Shown: positions 1 to 10,521 of the stretch, piece by piece
How positions within the stretch are numbered: the first letter of the stretch is position 1
Layout: every line of letters starts with the position of its first letter
DNA from: Thermodesulfobacteriota bacterium
GTDB lineage: Bacteria > Desulfobacterota > BSN033 > UBA1163
DNA: 37,620 nt
Reading direction: 5' to 3'
NCBI GenBank assembly: GCA_041082155.1
Contig: JBDOIB010000155.1
Coordinates: 1 to 37,620 of the forward strand
Position numbers and translations under genes: made by a program
The notes under the pieces: model-generated
Told to the model about the DNA's origin: nothing
The model's database searches: none
The model's input: only the letters and a program-made list of their open reading frames with translations

Positions 1-465
<465 letters not shown>

Positions 466-511
466 ATTTTTTAGAAACAGAGACCCAAAACGAATAACCC
501 CTCTATTCTAT

Positions 512-523
512 TTTCAAAGAACA
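512..523 (-). promoter_or_regulatory. rrn leader boxA antitermination element
   Basis: Minus strand TGTTCTTTGAAA resembles the boxA consensus TGCTCTTTAACA and lies between the promoter and the 16S 5' end. Confidence 0.7.
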
Positions 524-543
524 ATGATATTCGCAATTTATAT

Positions 544-571
544 ATATTAAACCATAATTTTTTTTTGTCAA
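544..571 (-). promoter_or_regulatory. sigma70-type rRNA promoter
   Basis: TTGACA (571-566), 16-nt spacer, TAATAT (549-544). Confidence 0.7.
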
Positions 572-586
572 GAGGAAAAAAAGAAT

Positions 587-1849
587 TTAAAAATCTTTTT
601 TATTTTCAATTAGTTTAAATCGATGAAATTTTTTCTTACCGGCCCTCAACAAGATTTCGCCTCTCTCATCAAAATTATTTAAGGTAATCATTTGATCGAA
701 TTGCTCAATTCTTTTTTTATTAAGATACCCCCCTCCCTGAAGGATCAACCTTCTTGCTTCAGAGCTTGATTTTGAAAGTCCTGCCATCTCAAATAATTTA
801 AATATCGGGATTCCTTCTTTAATCTTTCTCACTTCAATAAAAGTGGTCGGGATGGCGTCTTCCCTCGCCTCCATTTCTGAAAAAAGGACTCTCGAAGCAT
901 CTCGGGCTTTTTCTGCCTCCTCTTCCCCATGGACAATCTTTGTGGCTTCAAAGGCCAAAACTTCTTTTGCCTTTCTGATCTCGGCTCCTTTTAATTTCCC
1001 ATATTCTCTAACTTCTTCCATAGGAAGGAAAGTGAATAAGGACAAGAATCTTTCTACATCTCGATCATCCGTATTAATCCAAAATTGATAATACTCATAG
1101 GGAGAGGTTCTATTAGGATCCAACCAGATAGCCCCCTTTTCTGTCTTTCCCATCTTTCTTCCATCCGCCGTCTTAATGAGTGGGAAGGTGATCCCGTAAG
1201 CCTGTTTTCCTTCGAGTCGGCGAATCAGATCGATTCCGGCAACAATATTTCCCCACTGATCACTTCCTCCCATTTGAATCAAACATTGATAATGTTTAAA
1301 GAGGTACCAAAAATCATAAGCCTGAAGGAGTTGATAATTAAACTCTATAAAAGAAAGGCCCGATTCTAAACGAATTTTAATGGATTCCGAGGCCAGCATT
1401 CGATTGACACTAAAATGCACCCCAATCTCTCTTAAAAAATCAATGTAGTTGAGTTTGGTCAACCAATCTGCATTATTCAAAAGAAGGGCTTTCCCTTCCG
1501 AAAAATCCAAAAAACGAGAAAACTGTTTTTTCTGTGCCTCTGCATTACGCTGGATCTCTTCATAGGTCAAAATCTGACGCATTTCATCTTTCCCGCTTGG
1601 ATCTCCTACCAACCCTGTTCCCCCGCCGATTAAAGCAATAGGACGATGCCCAAACCGTTGCATATGAGAGAGGGCCATAATGGGCACTAAATTTCCAACA
1701 TGAAAGCTGGAGGCCGTGGGATCAAACCCAATATAACAGGTCACCCTGCCTTCTAACAGTTCCGAGATTCTTTCTTCATCGGTCACCTGCTCAATAAATC
1801 CCCTCTCTTTAAATACTTCAAACACGGTCTTCTTTTCCTTCCCTTCCAT
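587..1849 (-). CDS. tyrS: Tyrosine--tRNA ligase
   Basis: YIGFDPTA, HIGH-like HVGN, GLVGDPSGK, QMGGSDQWGNI, KMSKS-like KMGKT, C-terminal S4-like domain ending RAGKKK. Confidence 0.97.
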   Translation of the reverse strand: MEGKEKKTVFEVFKERGFIEQVTDEERISELLEGRVTCYIGFDPTASSFHVGNLVPIMALSHMQRFGHRPIALIGGGTGLVGDPSGKDEMRQILTYEEIQRNAEAQKKQFSRFLDFSEGKALLLNNADWLTKLNYIDFLREIGVHFSVNRMLASESIKIRLESGLSFIEFNYQLLQAYDFWYLFKHYQCLIQMGGSDQWGNIVAGIDLIRRLEGKQAYGITFPLIKTADGRKMGKTEKGAIWLDPNRTSPYEYYQFWINTDDRDVERFLSLFTFLPMEEVREYGKLKGAEIRKAKEVLAFEATKIVHGEEEAEKARDASRVLFSEMEAREDAIPTTFIEVRKIKEGIPIFKLFEMAGLSKSSSEARRLILQGGGYLNKKRIEQFDQMITLNNFDERGEILLRAGKKKFHRFKLIENKKDF

Positions 1850-2645
1850 AGGTCGTTTCCCTCTCGTTCAGTGGGATTCGGAGTCTTTTGATATTCTTGG
1901 ACTTCCCTGTATTCTCATCCACCTCTACCATGACTCCTTGAAGTTCGATCTCTCCGGAGGCCACATCAAATTTCCACGGGATCTGAGTGAGAAAACGATC
2001 AAGGGCCACCTGTTTCCGGATCCCAATGACGGAATCCATAGGACCAGTCATCCCCACATCTGTGATATAAGCTGTTCCTTCATTGAGGATTCTATCATCA
2101 CAGGTTTGGATGTGGGTATGGGTTCCCAGTACTGCAGAAACACCCCCGTCCAAGAACCAGCCCATCGCCATTTTTTCTGAAGTGGCTTCAGCATGAAAAT
2201 CAACGATGATTATTAAAGTCTCCTTTCTCAACCTTTCAACTTCTTTCTCCCCTACCCTAAAAGGACAATCTAAATGTTTCATAAATACTCTTCCCTCTAA
2301 ATTAAGAACTCCAACCTTTTGCCCTTGCTTCGAGGAGAAAATTCCCGATCCTCTCCCTGGGACCTGTTCAGGATAGTTTGCGGGCCTCAAAATTCGGGTT
2401 TCTTCATTTAAAAAAGAGAGGATTTCCTTTTTGGCCCAGATATGGTTCCCAGAGGTCAGGACATCCACTCCCATTCCAAAAATCTCCATGGCAATCGCTG
2501 GAGTGATTCCCATTCCTCCAGCTGCATTCTCTCCATTGGCAATCGTGAAATCAACCTCATATTCCTCAACGATTTTCCCCAATAACTCACGAAGGGCCCT
2601 CCGTCCCGGTCTTCCAATAATATCCCCCACAAAAAGAATTTTCAT
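1818..2645 (-). CDS. ymdB: YmdB/TIGR00282-family metallophosphoesterase
   Basis: GDIIG, NGENAAGG, TSGNH, DFHAEATSEK, GTHTH, TDVGMTG motifs; conserved position downstream of rny. Confidence 0.93.
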   Translation of the reverse strand: MKILFVGDIIGRPGRRALRELLGKIVEEYEVDFTIANGENAAGGMGITPAIAMEIFGMGVDVLTSGNHIWAKKEILSFLNEETRILRPANYPEQVPGRGSGIFSSKQGQKVGVLNLEGRVFMKHLDCPFRVGEKEVERLRKETLIIIVDFHAEATSEKMAMGWFLDGGVSAVLGTHTHIQTCDDRILNEGTAYITDVGMTGPMDSVIGIRKQVALDRFLTQIPWKFDVASGEIELQGVMVEVDENTGKSKNIKRLRIPLNERETTYGREGKEDRV

Positions 2646-2693
2646 GTTAAAGAGTCCTGAGAGTTCGGAGATAAACCTCTATTGGTCTCCGAA

Positions 2694-4262
2694 CTACTTG
2701 GCAATATCTACCGAACGTGTTTCCCGAATAACGGTCACCTTAATTTGACCAGGGTACGTCAATTCCTTTTCAATTTTTCTGGCAATATCCCGACAAAGGA
2801 TCACAGATGCTTCATCTGAAATTTTTTCAGGCTGAACTATGACCCGGATCTCTCTCCCCGCTTGAATGGCATAGGATTTTTCAACTCCAGAAAAAGATTG
2901 AGCAATCCTTTCCAAATCCTCCAAACGTTTCACATAGGTTTCTAATGTCTCCCGTCTTGCCCCAGGTCTAGCCCCAGAAAGAGCATCTGCGGCAGCCACT
3001 AAGACATCCAATAGACTTTCAGGTTTTTCTTCCTCATGATGGGATAAAATGGCATGAACAATCAAGGGAGATTCTCCATATTTTCTTGCTAACTCTGCAC
3101 CAATCTTTGCGTGGGAACCCTCGACTTCATGATCCACTGCCTTTCCTATATCGTGCAAAAGCCCTGCCCGCTTTGCTTGTTTAATGTTGAGGCCCAGCTC
3201 AGCAGCCATGATTCCACAAAGAAAGGCCACCTCTAAAGAATGCTGATATACATTTTGGGCATAACTGGTGCGGTATTTGAGCCGCCCAATGAGTTTGATC
3301 AATTCCGGGTGAATCCCATGAACCCCAACATCAAAGGTCGCCTGTTCACCCGCTTCACGAATAGAAGCTTCTACTTCCTGTTCCACTTTCTGTACAATCT
3401 CTTCTATACGGGCGGGATGAATTCTTCCATCGCTGACGAGACGTTCTAAGGAAATCCGCGCAATCTCCCTGCGAATCGGATTAAAACCCGAAAGGATTAC
3501 CGCCTCGGGAGTATCATCAATGATTAAATCCACTCCTGTAGCTGCTTCAAGGGCTCGAATATTTCTCCCTTCCCTTCCGATAATCCTCCCCTTCATCTCT
3601 TCATTAGGGAGATTGACCACAGATACCGTTTTTTCTGCCACATAATCCCCTGCGTAGCGCTGAATAGCAAGGCTGATAATCTCCTTGGCCTTTTTATCGG
3701 CAATTTCTCGAGCTTCCTCCTCCATTCTTTTGATTTTTTTAGCAATTTCATGCTTGGCTTCTTCCTCCATCGATTCCATAAGCAGTCTTTTGGCTTCCTC
3801 TGCCGTCATCTTTGAAATGTTCTCCAATTGGATTCGCTGCCTCTGGAGAAGCTCTGTAACCTTCCTTTCCATCTCTTGGATCATTTTTTCCTGCTGGATC
3901 AAGGCCTTTTCTTTTTTAACAATGTCTCCCTCTCGAGTTTCGATAAGCTCCATCTTCTTATCCAAGTTCGACTCTCTTTGGGCAATTCGTCTCTCTAAAT
4001 TTTGAAGTTCCTGCCTCTTTTCACTTATCTCTTTTTCAAAAGCGGCCTTTTCTTGATAAAATTGATCTTTGGCACGAAGGAGGGCTTCCTTTTTAATAAT
4101 CTCAGCCTCCTTTTCTGCTTCTTCAATGATCCTCTTTGCAATCTCCTGGGCAGATTCAATCTTTGATTCAAAATATCTTTTTCTGGTCAGAAAACCGATG
4201 AGAGCTCCAAGAAAAGCGATAAGGAAAACAATCAGAATATAAACTCCAACAGATAGACTCAA
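2694..4262 (-). CDS. rny: Ribonuclease Y
   Basis: N-terminal TM helix, coiled coil, KH domain ([12 protein letters not shown]), HD domain (LLHDIGK). TTG start with AAGGAGGTG Shine-Dalgarno. Confidence 0.97.
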   Translation of the reverse strand: MSLSVGVYILIVFLIAFLGALIGFLTRKRYFESKIESAQEIAKRIIEEAEKEAEIIKKEALLRAKDQFYQEKAAFEKEISEKRQELQNLERRIAQRESNLDKKMELIETREGDIVKKEKALIQQEKMIQEMERKVTELLQRQRIQLENISKMTAEEAKRLLMESMEEEAKHEIAKKIKRMEEEAREIADKKAKEIISLAIQRYAGDYVAEKTVSVVNLPNEEMKGRIIGREGRNIRALEAATGVDLIIDDTPEAVILSGFNPIRREIARISLERLVSDGRIHPARIEEIVQKVEQEVEASIREAGEQATFDVGVHGIHPELIKLIGRLKYRTSYAQNVYQHSLEVAFLCGIMAAELGLNIKQAKRAGLLHDIGKAVDHEVEGSHAKIGAELARKYGESPLIVHAILSHHEEEKPESLLDVLVAAADALSGARPGARRETLETYVKRLEDLERIAQSFSGVEKSYAIQAGREIRVIVQPEKISDEASVILCRDIARKIEKELTYPGQIKVTVIRETRSVDIAK

Positions 4263-4351
4263 GGGTTATTCACCTCCTTTTAGATTCTCAAAAAATTTTC
4301 TGCGACCAGTTCTTTTCAAATCCCCTTAGGAATTTAAGACTCTTTCGAGTC

Positions 4352-4686
4352 TTGAAAAGAAAATGGGAGGGATCAAGATAGAGGAAAGGGTTCTCTTAGA
4401 AGAACCTGATAGGGGTGAGAAAATGAGTGAAGATGAGTGAAAAATTCTTTTCCTTCTTTTCTTATATTTCTAAACCGCATTCTTCTATGAAAGGGGAAGA
4501 AGAAAAATCCTCCTCGTTTAAACTCAGGCGGAGGGAGAGTTTCCTTCTTCACTACTTCCCTTTCAAAGAACTTAAGTAGAATCTCAATAATTTTTAAATT
4601 CAGAAGCGGAACCAACCTCATTTTTCTCATGTATCAGGTTATCTCTACTCCCCTTCTCTCTATCTTTCGTCCCATTTTTATTTCAA
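4352..4686 (-). ncRNA. Long rod-like structured RNA at the usual 6S RNA (ssrS) position; candidate enlarged/divergent 6S RNA
   Basis: Nested complementary blocks on the minus strand: TTGAAA..AAAATGGGA/TCCCATTTT..TTTCAA, AAGATAGAG/CTCTATCTT, AACCTGATA/TATCAGGTT, TGAGAAAA(A)TGAG/CTCATTTTCTCA, TGAAAGGG/CCCTTTCA, GAAGAAG/CTTCTTC. G-U pairs favour the minus strand. Lies directly downstream of zapA. Confidence 0.55.
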
Positions 4687-4697
4687 TCACTCCACCC

Positions 4698-5027
4698 TTA
4701 ACCTGTAATACTCAGTTTTTTGGGCTCTTTTCCTCCAATTTTAATATCTATTCTTTCAGCCAGATCCTTGGATTTGGACTCAATCTCTTGAAGAAGAATC
4801 ATTCTTTTTTCTCTCTCTTTTAAAAGATCATCGGCGATATTAAGGGCAGTGAGAATCGCCACATTGAGGGTAGAAACACTCCGCGTCTTTTTTAAAATTT
4901 CATTCGCTTTATCATTCACATACTTTGCCACTTCCTGAATATGCTTTTCTTCGGCATCGGTTTTTACCGTGTAAGTTTGCCCAAACACCTTAATTTCAAC
5001 TGTTCTCTCCTTTCCCATCTCCTTCAC
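4698..5027 (-). CDS. zapA: Cell division protein ZapA
   Basis: VEIKVFGQTY...VAKYVNDK...AILTALNIADDL, the ZapA signature; upstream of rny. Confidence 0.9.
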   Translation of the reverse strand: MKEMGKERTVEIKVFGQTYTVKTDAEEKHIQEVAKYVNDKANEILKKTRSVSTLNVAILTALNIADDLLKEREKRMILLQEIESKSKDLAERIDIKIGGKEPKKLSITG

Positions 5028-5053
5028 CCGATTTAGTCCATCTCCTCTCTAAG

Positions 5054-5266
5054 TTATAATTCAATTCCTTTCAGTCTTTGGAGGAGTTGGTCAATTCTCA
5101 ACTTCACTCGCTCACGATCTTGAGAGAGGAGTTCCATCTTTTTCTCAATTTCTAATCTTTTTTCCCTCTCTTCCTTAAGAGCAGAGAGGAGTCTCTCTCT
5201 TTCATCCACAAGGTCCTGATATTTGGCTAACAACTCGGAGATTTTCTCTTCGAGGTTTTCAAGCAT
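5054..5266 (-). CDS. zapB: ZapB-like short coiled-coil protein
   Basis: 70-aa heptad coiled coil (LENLEEKI...RIDQLLQRL) immediately upstream of zapA. Confidence 0.7.
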   Translation of the reverse strand: MLENLEEKISELLAKYQDLVDERERLLSALKEEREKRLEIEKKMELLSQDRERVKLRIDQLLQRLKGIEL

Positions 5267-5314
5267 AGATGATGATCCCCTTCGAAGTCCCTTTTGTCAG
5301 CCAGTATCTATTCC

Positions 5315-5343
5315 ATATTATTTCTTCACCCAAAAAAAGTCAA
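5315..5343 (-). promoter_or_regulatory. sigma70-type promoter for zapB-zapA-(RNA)-rny
   Basis: TTGACT (5343-5338), 17-nt spacer, TAATAT (5320-5315). Confidence 0.6.
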
Positions 5344-5384
5344 TCCTTCTAAAAAATGTTATCTCAGAAACGAAACCTACTGAT

Positions 5385-6486
5385 TTAGGCCGCATTTACA
5401 TTCAATAGATAAGCTTTCATGAACTCATCAATTTCACCATCTAAGACACGGTCGACCTGATAGATAATTTTATTGGTCCGGTGATCCTTCACCATCTTAT
5501 AAGGATGTAAAATATAGGAACGAATTTGACTCCCCCAAGCGATCTCTTTTTTCGAATTATGGAGTTCCCGTAACTTCTCCTCTTTCTCCTTCCGTTCCCT
5601 CTCGTAAAGTCTGGCCCTTAATATCTTTAGAGCCATGGCTTTATTTTTATGTTGGGACCGCTCATTTTGGCACTGAACGACGATTCCGGTGGGAAGGTGA
5701 GTGATTCGGACAGCAGAGTCCGTTTTATTCACATGCTGCCCTCCTGCCCCACTGGAACGAAAGGTATCCACTCTCAAATCCTTTTCATCAATCTCAATAT
5801 TTATCTCCTCTGGGACTTCTGGAATCACAAATACAGAGGCAAAAGACGTATGTCGTCTCGCCCCTGCATCAAAGGGAGAGATACGGACTAATCGATGGAT
5901 TCCCACTTCTGCCTTTAAATATCCATAAGCATACTTTCCATTGACCGTAAACGTTACATTCTTTATTCCTGCCTCCTCTCCGGGGAGGATATCCACAATT
6001 TGAGTCTGATACCCTCTCTTTTCTGCCCATCTCAAATACATTCTGAGAAGCATCTCGGCCCAATCCTGGGCTTCCGTTCCCCCTGCTCCTGCATTAATAC
6101 TTACAATGGCATTTCTCTCATCGTTCTCTCCCCGTAGCATCTCTCTAAATTCCATCTCATTGATAGCTTCTTCGCTCTGCTCAATCTTTTTAAGAAGTTC
6201 TTCAGCCTCTTTTTCATCATTCTGCTCCTCAATAAGTTGAAGAAGAACTTCCATCTCTTCAATCTCTTTCTTCTTCTCTTGCCAGCTCTGAAGGCCTTCC
6301 AAGAGTGAATTCCTTTCTTTTAAAATCTTTTGTGTGGCCTCCCCCCCCTCCCAGAAATTAGGCTCTGACATCATCTTCCCAATCTCATCCAATCTTTTTT
6401 CCTTTTTCTCAAGGTCAAAGATAGCCTCGCATAATTTCTAACCGATGATTTAACTCTTTCAGGCGCCCCCTAAGTTCCGTAATCAT
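5385..6486 (-). CDS. prfB: Peptide chain release factor 2, translated through a +1 programmed frameshift
   Basis: SPF and GGQ motifs. A short upstream frame (ATG 6486, [23 protein letters not shown]) ends in GAGG-CTAT-CTT-TGA-C at 6427-6414; the +1 frame continues [13 protein letters not shown] into the tracked ORF. Confidence 0.96.
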
Positions 6487-6584
6487 TATCATCACCCACT
6501 TTGTGATTCTTTATAATAAATTATTTAACATAATTTTAAAAAAAGTTAAATTATTTTTGTAATTTTTTGATATTATTGATTTTT

Positions 6585-7457
6585 TTATTTTTTAATAATT
6601 TTGGCTATCTCTTCACCCACGAGTGCTGGATTTTTAACCACCCGGACCCCTGCTTTTTCTAAAGCCTCCATCTTCTCTTGGGCTGTTCCTTTACCTCCGG
6701 AAATAATAGCTCCCGCATGACCCATTCTCCTTCCTGGAGGAGCCGTCAACCCAGCAATAAAGGCAACGACCGGTTTGCTGATCTCTTTTTCAATAAATTT
6801 GGCAGCTTCTTCCTCAGCTGTCCCGCCAATCTCCCCGATCATAATTAAGGCCTGGGTTTCGGGGTCTTTTTCAAAAAGTCGAAGAAGCTCTACATAATCC
6901 AATCCTATAATTTGATCTCCCCCAATTCCCACACAGGTAGACTGTCCGATTCCTTTTTTTGTCAATTGATCGACCACTTCATAGGTGAGTGTTCCACTCC
7001 TTGACATGATTCCAACAGGCCCCTTCTTATGAATATAACCTGCCATCACTCCGATCTTACATTTTCCTGGAGAGATAATTCCAGGAGTATTTGGACCAAT
7101 CAAATTGATCTTTTTCTTCTGAAGGTATTCCTTCACTTTAACCATATCTAAAGTAGGAATTCCCTCCGTTAAACAGACAATGAGAGGGAGATTAGCATCG
7201 GCTGCCTCTAGAATCGCATCAGCTGCAAAGGCTGGTGGGACAAAGATCGCAGAGGCATTCGCATTGGTCTCCCTTACGGCCTCTGAAACTGTATTGAACA
7301 CGGGAATTCCATCGACCTTCTGTCCTCCTTTTCCCGGAGTGACACCAGCCACAACCTTTGTACCATACTCCACCATCTGTCGGGTATGGAACATTCCCTC
7401 ATTTCCCGTTATTCCTTGAACCAAAACCTTTGTATTTTCGTCCACTAAAATACTCAT
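6585..7457 (-). CDS. sucD: Succinyl-CoA synthetase alpha subunit
   Basis: MSILVD start with AAGGAGG SD; [22 protein letters not shown], phospho-His motif RMGHAGA. Confidence 0.97.
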   Translation of the reverse strand: MSILVDENTKVLVQGITGNEGMFHTRQMVEYGTKVVAGVTPGKGGQKVDGIPVFNTVSEAVRETNANASAIFVPPAFAADAILEAADANLPLIVCLTEGIPTLDMVKVKEYLQKKKINLIGPNTPGIISPGKCKIGVMAGYIHKKGPVGIMSRSGTLTYEVVDQLTKKGIGQSTCVGIGGDQIIGLDYVELLRLFEKDPETQALIMIGEIGGTAEEEAAKFIEKEISKPVVAFIAGLTAPPGRRMGHAGAIISGGKGTAQEKMEALEKAGVRVVKNPALVGEEIAKIIKK

Positions 7458-7470
7458 AGATATTCCTCCT

Positions 7471-8643
7471 TTATTCTCCAACCATTTTTAAAGCTTCCAC
7501 AACCTTCTGGGCTCCATCATACATTCCACTCGCTACCGTAAAGTTGAGTCCTGAGTCATTAAGAATCTTTCTTCCTTCCTCGACGTTTGTTCCTTCCAAT
7601 CTTACCACGATGGGAACTTTCACTCTCACCTCCCTTACTGCTTCTGTTACGCCTTTTGCCAGAGTGTCACATCGAAGAATTCCTCCAAAAATATTAATAA
7701 ATACCACCTTCACATCGGGATCGGACATTAGAATTTTAAACCCATTCTTTACCATTTCCACCGTGGCTCCCCCTCCTACATCAAGAAAATTTGCAGGTTC
7801 TGCCCCAAAGACCTTTATAATATCCATTGTGGCCATAGCAAGGCCTGCCCCATTTACCATACACCCCACATTTCCGTTAAGTTTAATATAGTTTAAATTA
7901 TATTTAGACGCCTCAATCTCTAAAGGCTCTTCTTCATGAAGATCCCTGAGCTCAACAATTTCTTTGTGCCGAAAGAGTCCATTGTCATCAAAATTCATTT
8001 TTGCATCCAAAGCAAAGAATTCTCCATTTTTTGTTTGGATAAGAGGATTGATTTCGGCAAGTAGACAATCCTTCTCATAAAAAACATTAAAAAGCCCGAT
8101 GATAACGGGTCTCAGTTTTCCGACTTCCACCGGTCCAAAGCCTAATCCATATCCAATCTTGTTCACCTGAAATGGCCTCAATCCTATTGAAGGATCGATC
8201 CATTCTTTTACAATCTTCTCAGGAGATTCAGCGGCAACCTTCTCAATCTCTATTCCTCCTTCCCTGCTGGCCATAATCACAGGTAAGGCTCTTGTTCGAT
8301 CAATAACGACTCCTAAATAGAGTTCCTCTTTAATGTCCATTTGTTCTTCGACCAGAATCTTCCGAACCACTTTTCCCTTTGGACCGGTCTGGGGAGTGAT
8401 GAGAGTCATCCCGATCATCTCTCTTGCTACTTTTTCGACCTCTGAGGGGGTGTGAACCACCCGGACCCCTCCTCCTTTTCCCCTCCCCCCTGCATGGATT
8501 TGAGCCTTCAGAACCATTGATTCAGTTCCAATCTCCTCTGAAACCCGCTTAGCCTCTTCTGGGGTTTCTACCACTCTTCCCTTTGGAACAGGAACCCCGT
8601 ATTGTCTGAGGATCTCTTTCGCTTGATACTCATGGATCTTCAT
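7471..8643 (-). CDS. sucC: Succinyl-CoA synthetase beta subunit
   Basis: [58 protein letters not shown]. Confidence 0.97.
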   Translation of the reverse strand: MKIHEYQAKEILRQYGVPVPKGRVVETPEEAKRVSEEIGTESMVLKAQIHAGGRGKGGGVRVVHTPSEVEKVAREMIGMTLITPQTGPKGKVVRKILVEEQMDIKEELYLGVVIDRTRALPVIMASREGGIEIEKVAAESPEKIVKEWIDPSIGLRPFQVNKIGYGLGFGPVEVGKLRPVIIGLFNVFYEKDCLLAEINPLIQTKNGEFFALDAKMNFDDNGLFRHKEIVELRDLHEEEPLEIEASKYNLNYIKLNGNVGCMVNGAGLAMATMDIIKVFGAEPANFLDVGGGATVEMVKNGFKILMSDPDVKVVFINIFGGILRCDTLAKGVTEAVREVRVKVPIVVRLEGTNVEEGRKILNDSGLNFTVASGMYDGAQKVVEALKMVGE

Positions 8644-8792
8644 ATCTCCCTCCCTCGCTTAGTTAAAGAATTTCCCAATATTATAACGAATTTTTAAAAT
8701 CAAACAATATTTACTTAGAACACACCCCTTCATTTTATCCATAGAAATAGGAGTAGAAAGGAAATTTATGGAAAAGAAAGAGACAGAGGAAC

Positions 8793-10466
8793 TTAACGGA
8801 TCGTCCCAAGATAGTGTGTGGTAAGCTGACGTTCACGGACCTTGGGATTGGTATAGTCTGGAAGAAGCATTGGAGCCACACGATCGGTTACGATTCCTGC
8901 TTCTTCAAGCTCCCTGTGATATTTTCTGACATGGTCCAGGGTCAACTTTCCATCTTTAAATTTCTCTTTGGCATAAATGGCTGCGCTCTCTCCTGCAATC
9001 CTACCGAAGACACAGACATCCAGAAGAGAGTTTCCCATTAAACGATTCTCTCCATGAACTCCTCCTGTCACCTCACCCGCTGCAAAAAACCCTGGCAGAG
9101 AGGTTTCACATCGGCTATTATATTCTAATCCGCCATTCTGATAATGGAGGGTAGGATAGACCAGCATAGGTTCTTTTGAAATGTCGATTCCATATCTTTT
9201 AAATAGAATATATTTTCCAGGAAACTCTCTCTTCACTGTTCCTTCGCCCCATAACATATCAATCATCGGAGAATCCAACCAGACCCCCACTTTACCGGTA
9301 GGAGTAGGAACTCCTTTCCCAATCTCGGTACACTCCCGGATAAACGAAGCCGATTCTACATCTCTTGGTTCTCGTTCGTTGACAAATTGTTCTCCATCAA
9401 TGTTTAGAACATTTGCACCCGCCCCTCTGAATTTTTCCGTGATTAAAAGCCCCTCCGCTTGTTCGGGAAATACTGCTCCTGTAGGATGATATTGGACGGT
9501 ATGAAGGAAGCAGAGTTTGACCCCTGCTCGATATCCCATCACCAGTCCATCTCCGGTCGCCCCATAATGATTGGTTGTCATGAACCCCTGAATATGAAGC
9601 CTCCCTGAACCTCCTGTAGCCATAATGACCGCTTTTGCTTTAACCACGAGATATTCCTCTGTTTCCAGGTTATAAAGAACAGCTCCAGAGCAATGCCCAT
9701 GCTCATTCAATATCAGTTCAACCGCTGGAGAGAACTCAAGAACCTTTATTTCCTCGGGATGATTCCTCGCCTCATCCCGGAGTGTCCTCATAATCTCAGC
9801 TCCGGTAATATCCGCAGCATAATGCATTCGTTTTCGACAGGTTCCTCCTCCATGAAGGGTTTTGAGACGTCCATCAGGAAACTTTGTAAACATGCAACCC
9901 AGACTCTCTAACCAAGCTAAGACCTTAGGAGCTTCGGTGACTAAAGTATAGACTAATTCTGGATCATTTTTGAAATGTCCTCCTCCCATCACGTCCAAAT
10001 AATGAAAATAAGGAGAATCCTTTGTTCCTTTGGTCGCCGCTTGAATTCCCCCCTCGGCCATCATGGTATTGGCATCTCCGTGTCTGAGTTTTGTTGCGAT
10101 CAAAACCTTTACTCCCTTCTCCCGGGCCGTCAGCGCAGCAGCGGTGCCTGCTCCTCCTCCCCCAATAATCAGAACGTCTGTTTCATAAGCAATCTTTGCA
10201 AGGTCAATCAAATCTGGATTGACCCGACTCCGAGCTTCCAAAAGATTGACAATCTCGGGAGAGATTGCATAACCCTTGTTGACTCCTACCCGAATCTCTC
10301 GTCGTGCCCCTTCTACGAAATCAGGGTGATATTTTCTCAATCTCTCTTCCCTTTCTTTAAGGGAAAGCAGGGGAAATTCTTCTCCTCTTCTTTTCCTTTC
10401 AATTCTTGCTGGTCGAGTAGCCTCAACCCTTTTTATTAACTGTTTTAGTTCTGTAGTGTAGGGCAT
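8793..10466 (-). CDS. Fumarate reductase/succinate dehydrogenase-family flavoprotein (FrdA/SdhA/TfrA-like), atypical
   Basis: GGGGAG FAD motif, MAEGG, ATGG, QYHPTG, LITE, PRDV, PTLHYQNGG, HGENRLMGNSL. About 95-aa N-terminal extension, no covalent-FAD His, short C-terminus. Confidence 0.88.
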   Translation of the reverse strand: MPYTTELKQLIKRVEATRPARIERKRRGEEFPLLSLKEREERLRKYHPDFVEGARREIRVGVNKGYAISPEIVNLLEARSRVNPDLIDLAKIAYETDVLIIGGGGAGTAAALTAREKGVKVLIATKLRHGDANTMMAEGGIQAATKGTKDSPYFHYLDVMGGGHFKNDPELVYTLVTEAPKVLAWLESLGCMFTKFPDGRLKTLHGGGTCRKRMHYAADITGAEIMRTLRDEARNHPEEIKVLEFSPAVELILNEHGHCSGAVLYNLETEEYLVVKAKAVIMATGGSGRLHIQGFMTTNHYGATGDGLVMGYRAGVKLCFLHTVQYHPTGAVFPEQAEGLLITEKFRGAGANVLNIDGEQFVNEREPRDVESASFIRECTEIGKGVPTPTGKVGVWLDSPMIDMLWGEGTVKREFPGKYILFKRYGIDISKEPMLVYPTLHYQNGGLEYNSRCETSLPGFFAAGEVTGGVHGENRLMGNSLLDVCVFGRIAGESAAIYAKEKFKDGKLTLDHVRKYHRELEEAGIVTDRVAPMLLPDYTNPKVRERQLTTHYLGTIR

Positions 10467-10521
10467 AACAAAAGCCTCCTATTTTCTTCCCTTCGTTCAT
10501 GAATGAAGGTTAAGAAGAGAT

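Noticed and set aside
4373-4630. 85-aa minus-strand ORF between zapA and rny
   Set aside because: Low-complexity F/K/R sequence lying wholly within the self-complementary rod; no similarity to the cyclo-ligase often found here.
8793-10466. L-aspartate oxidase (nadB) call
   Set aside because: Paired with an Fe-S subunit and lying between fumarase and sucCD, with no nadA/nadC; not formally excluded without an assay.
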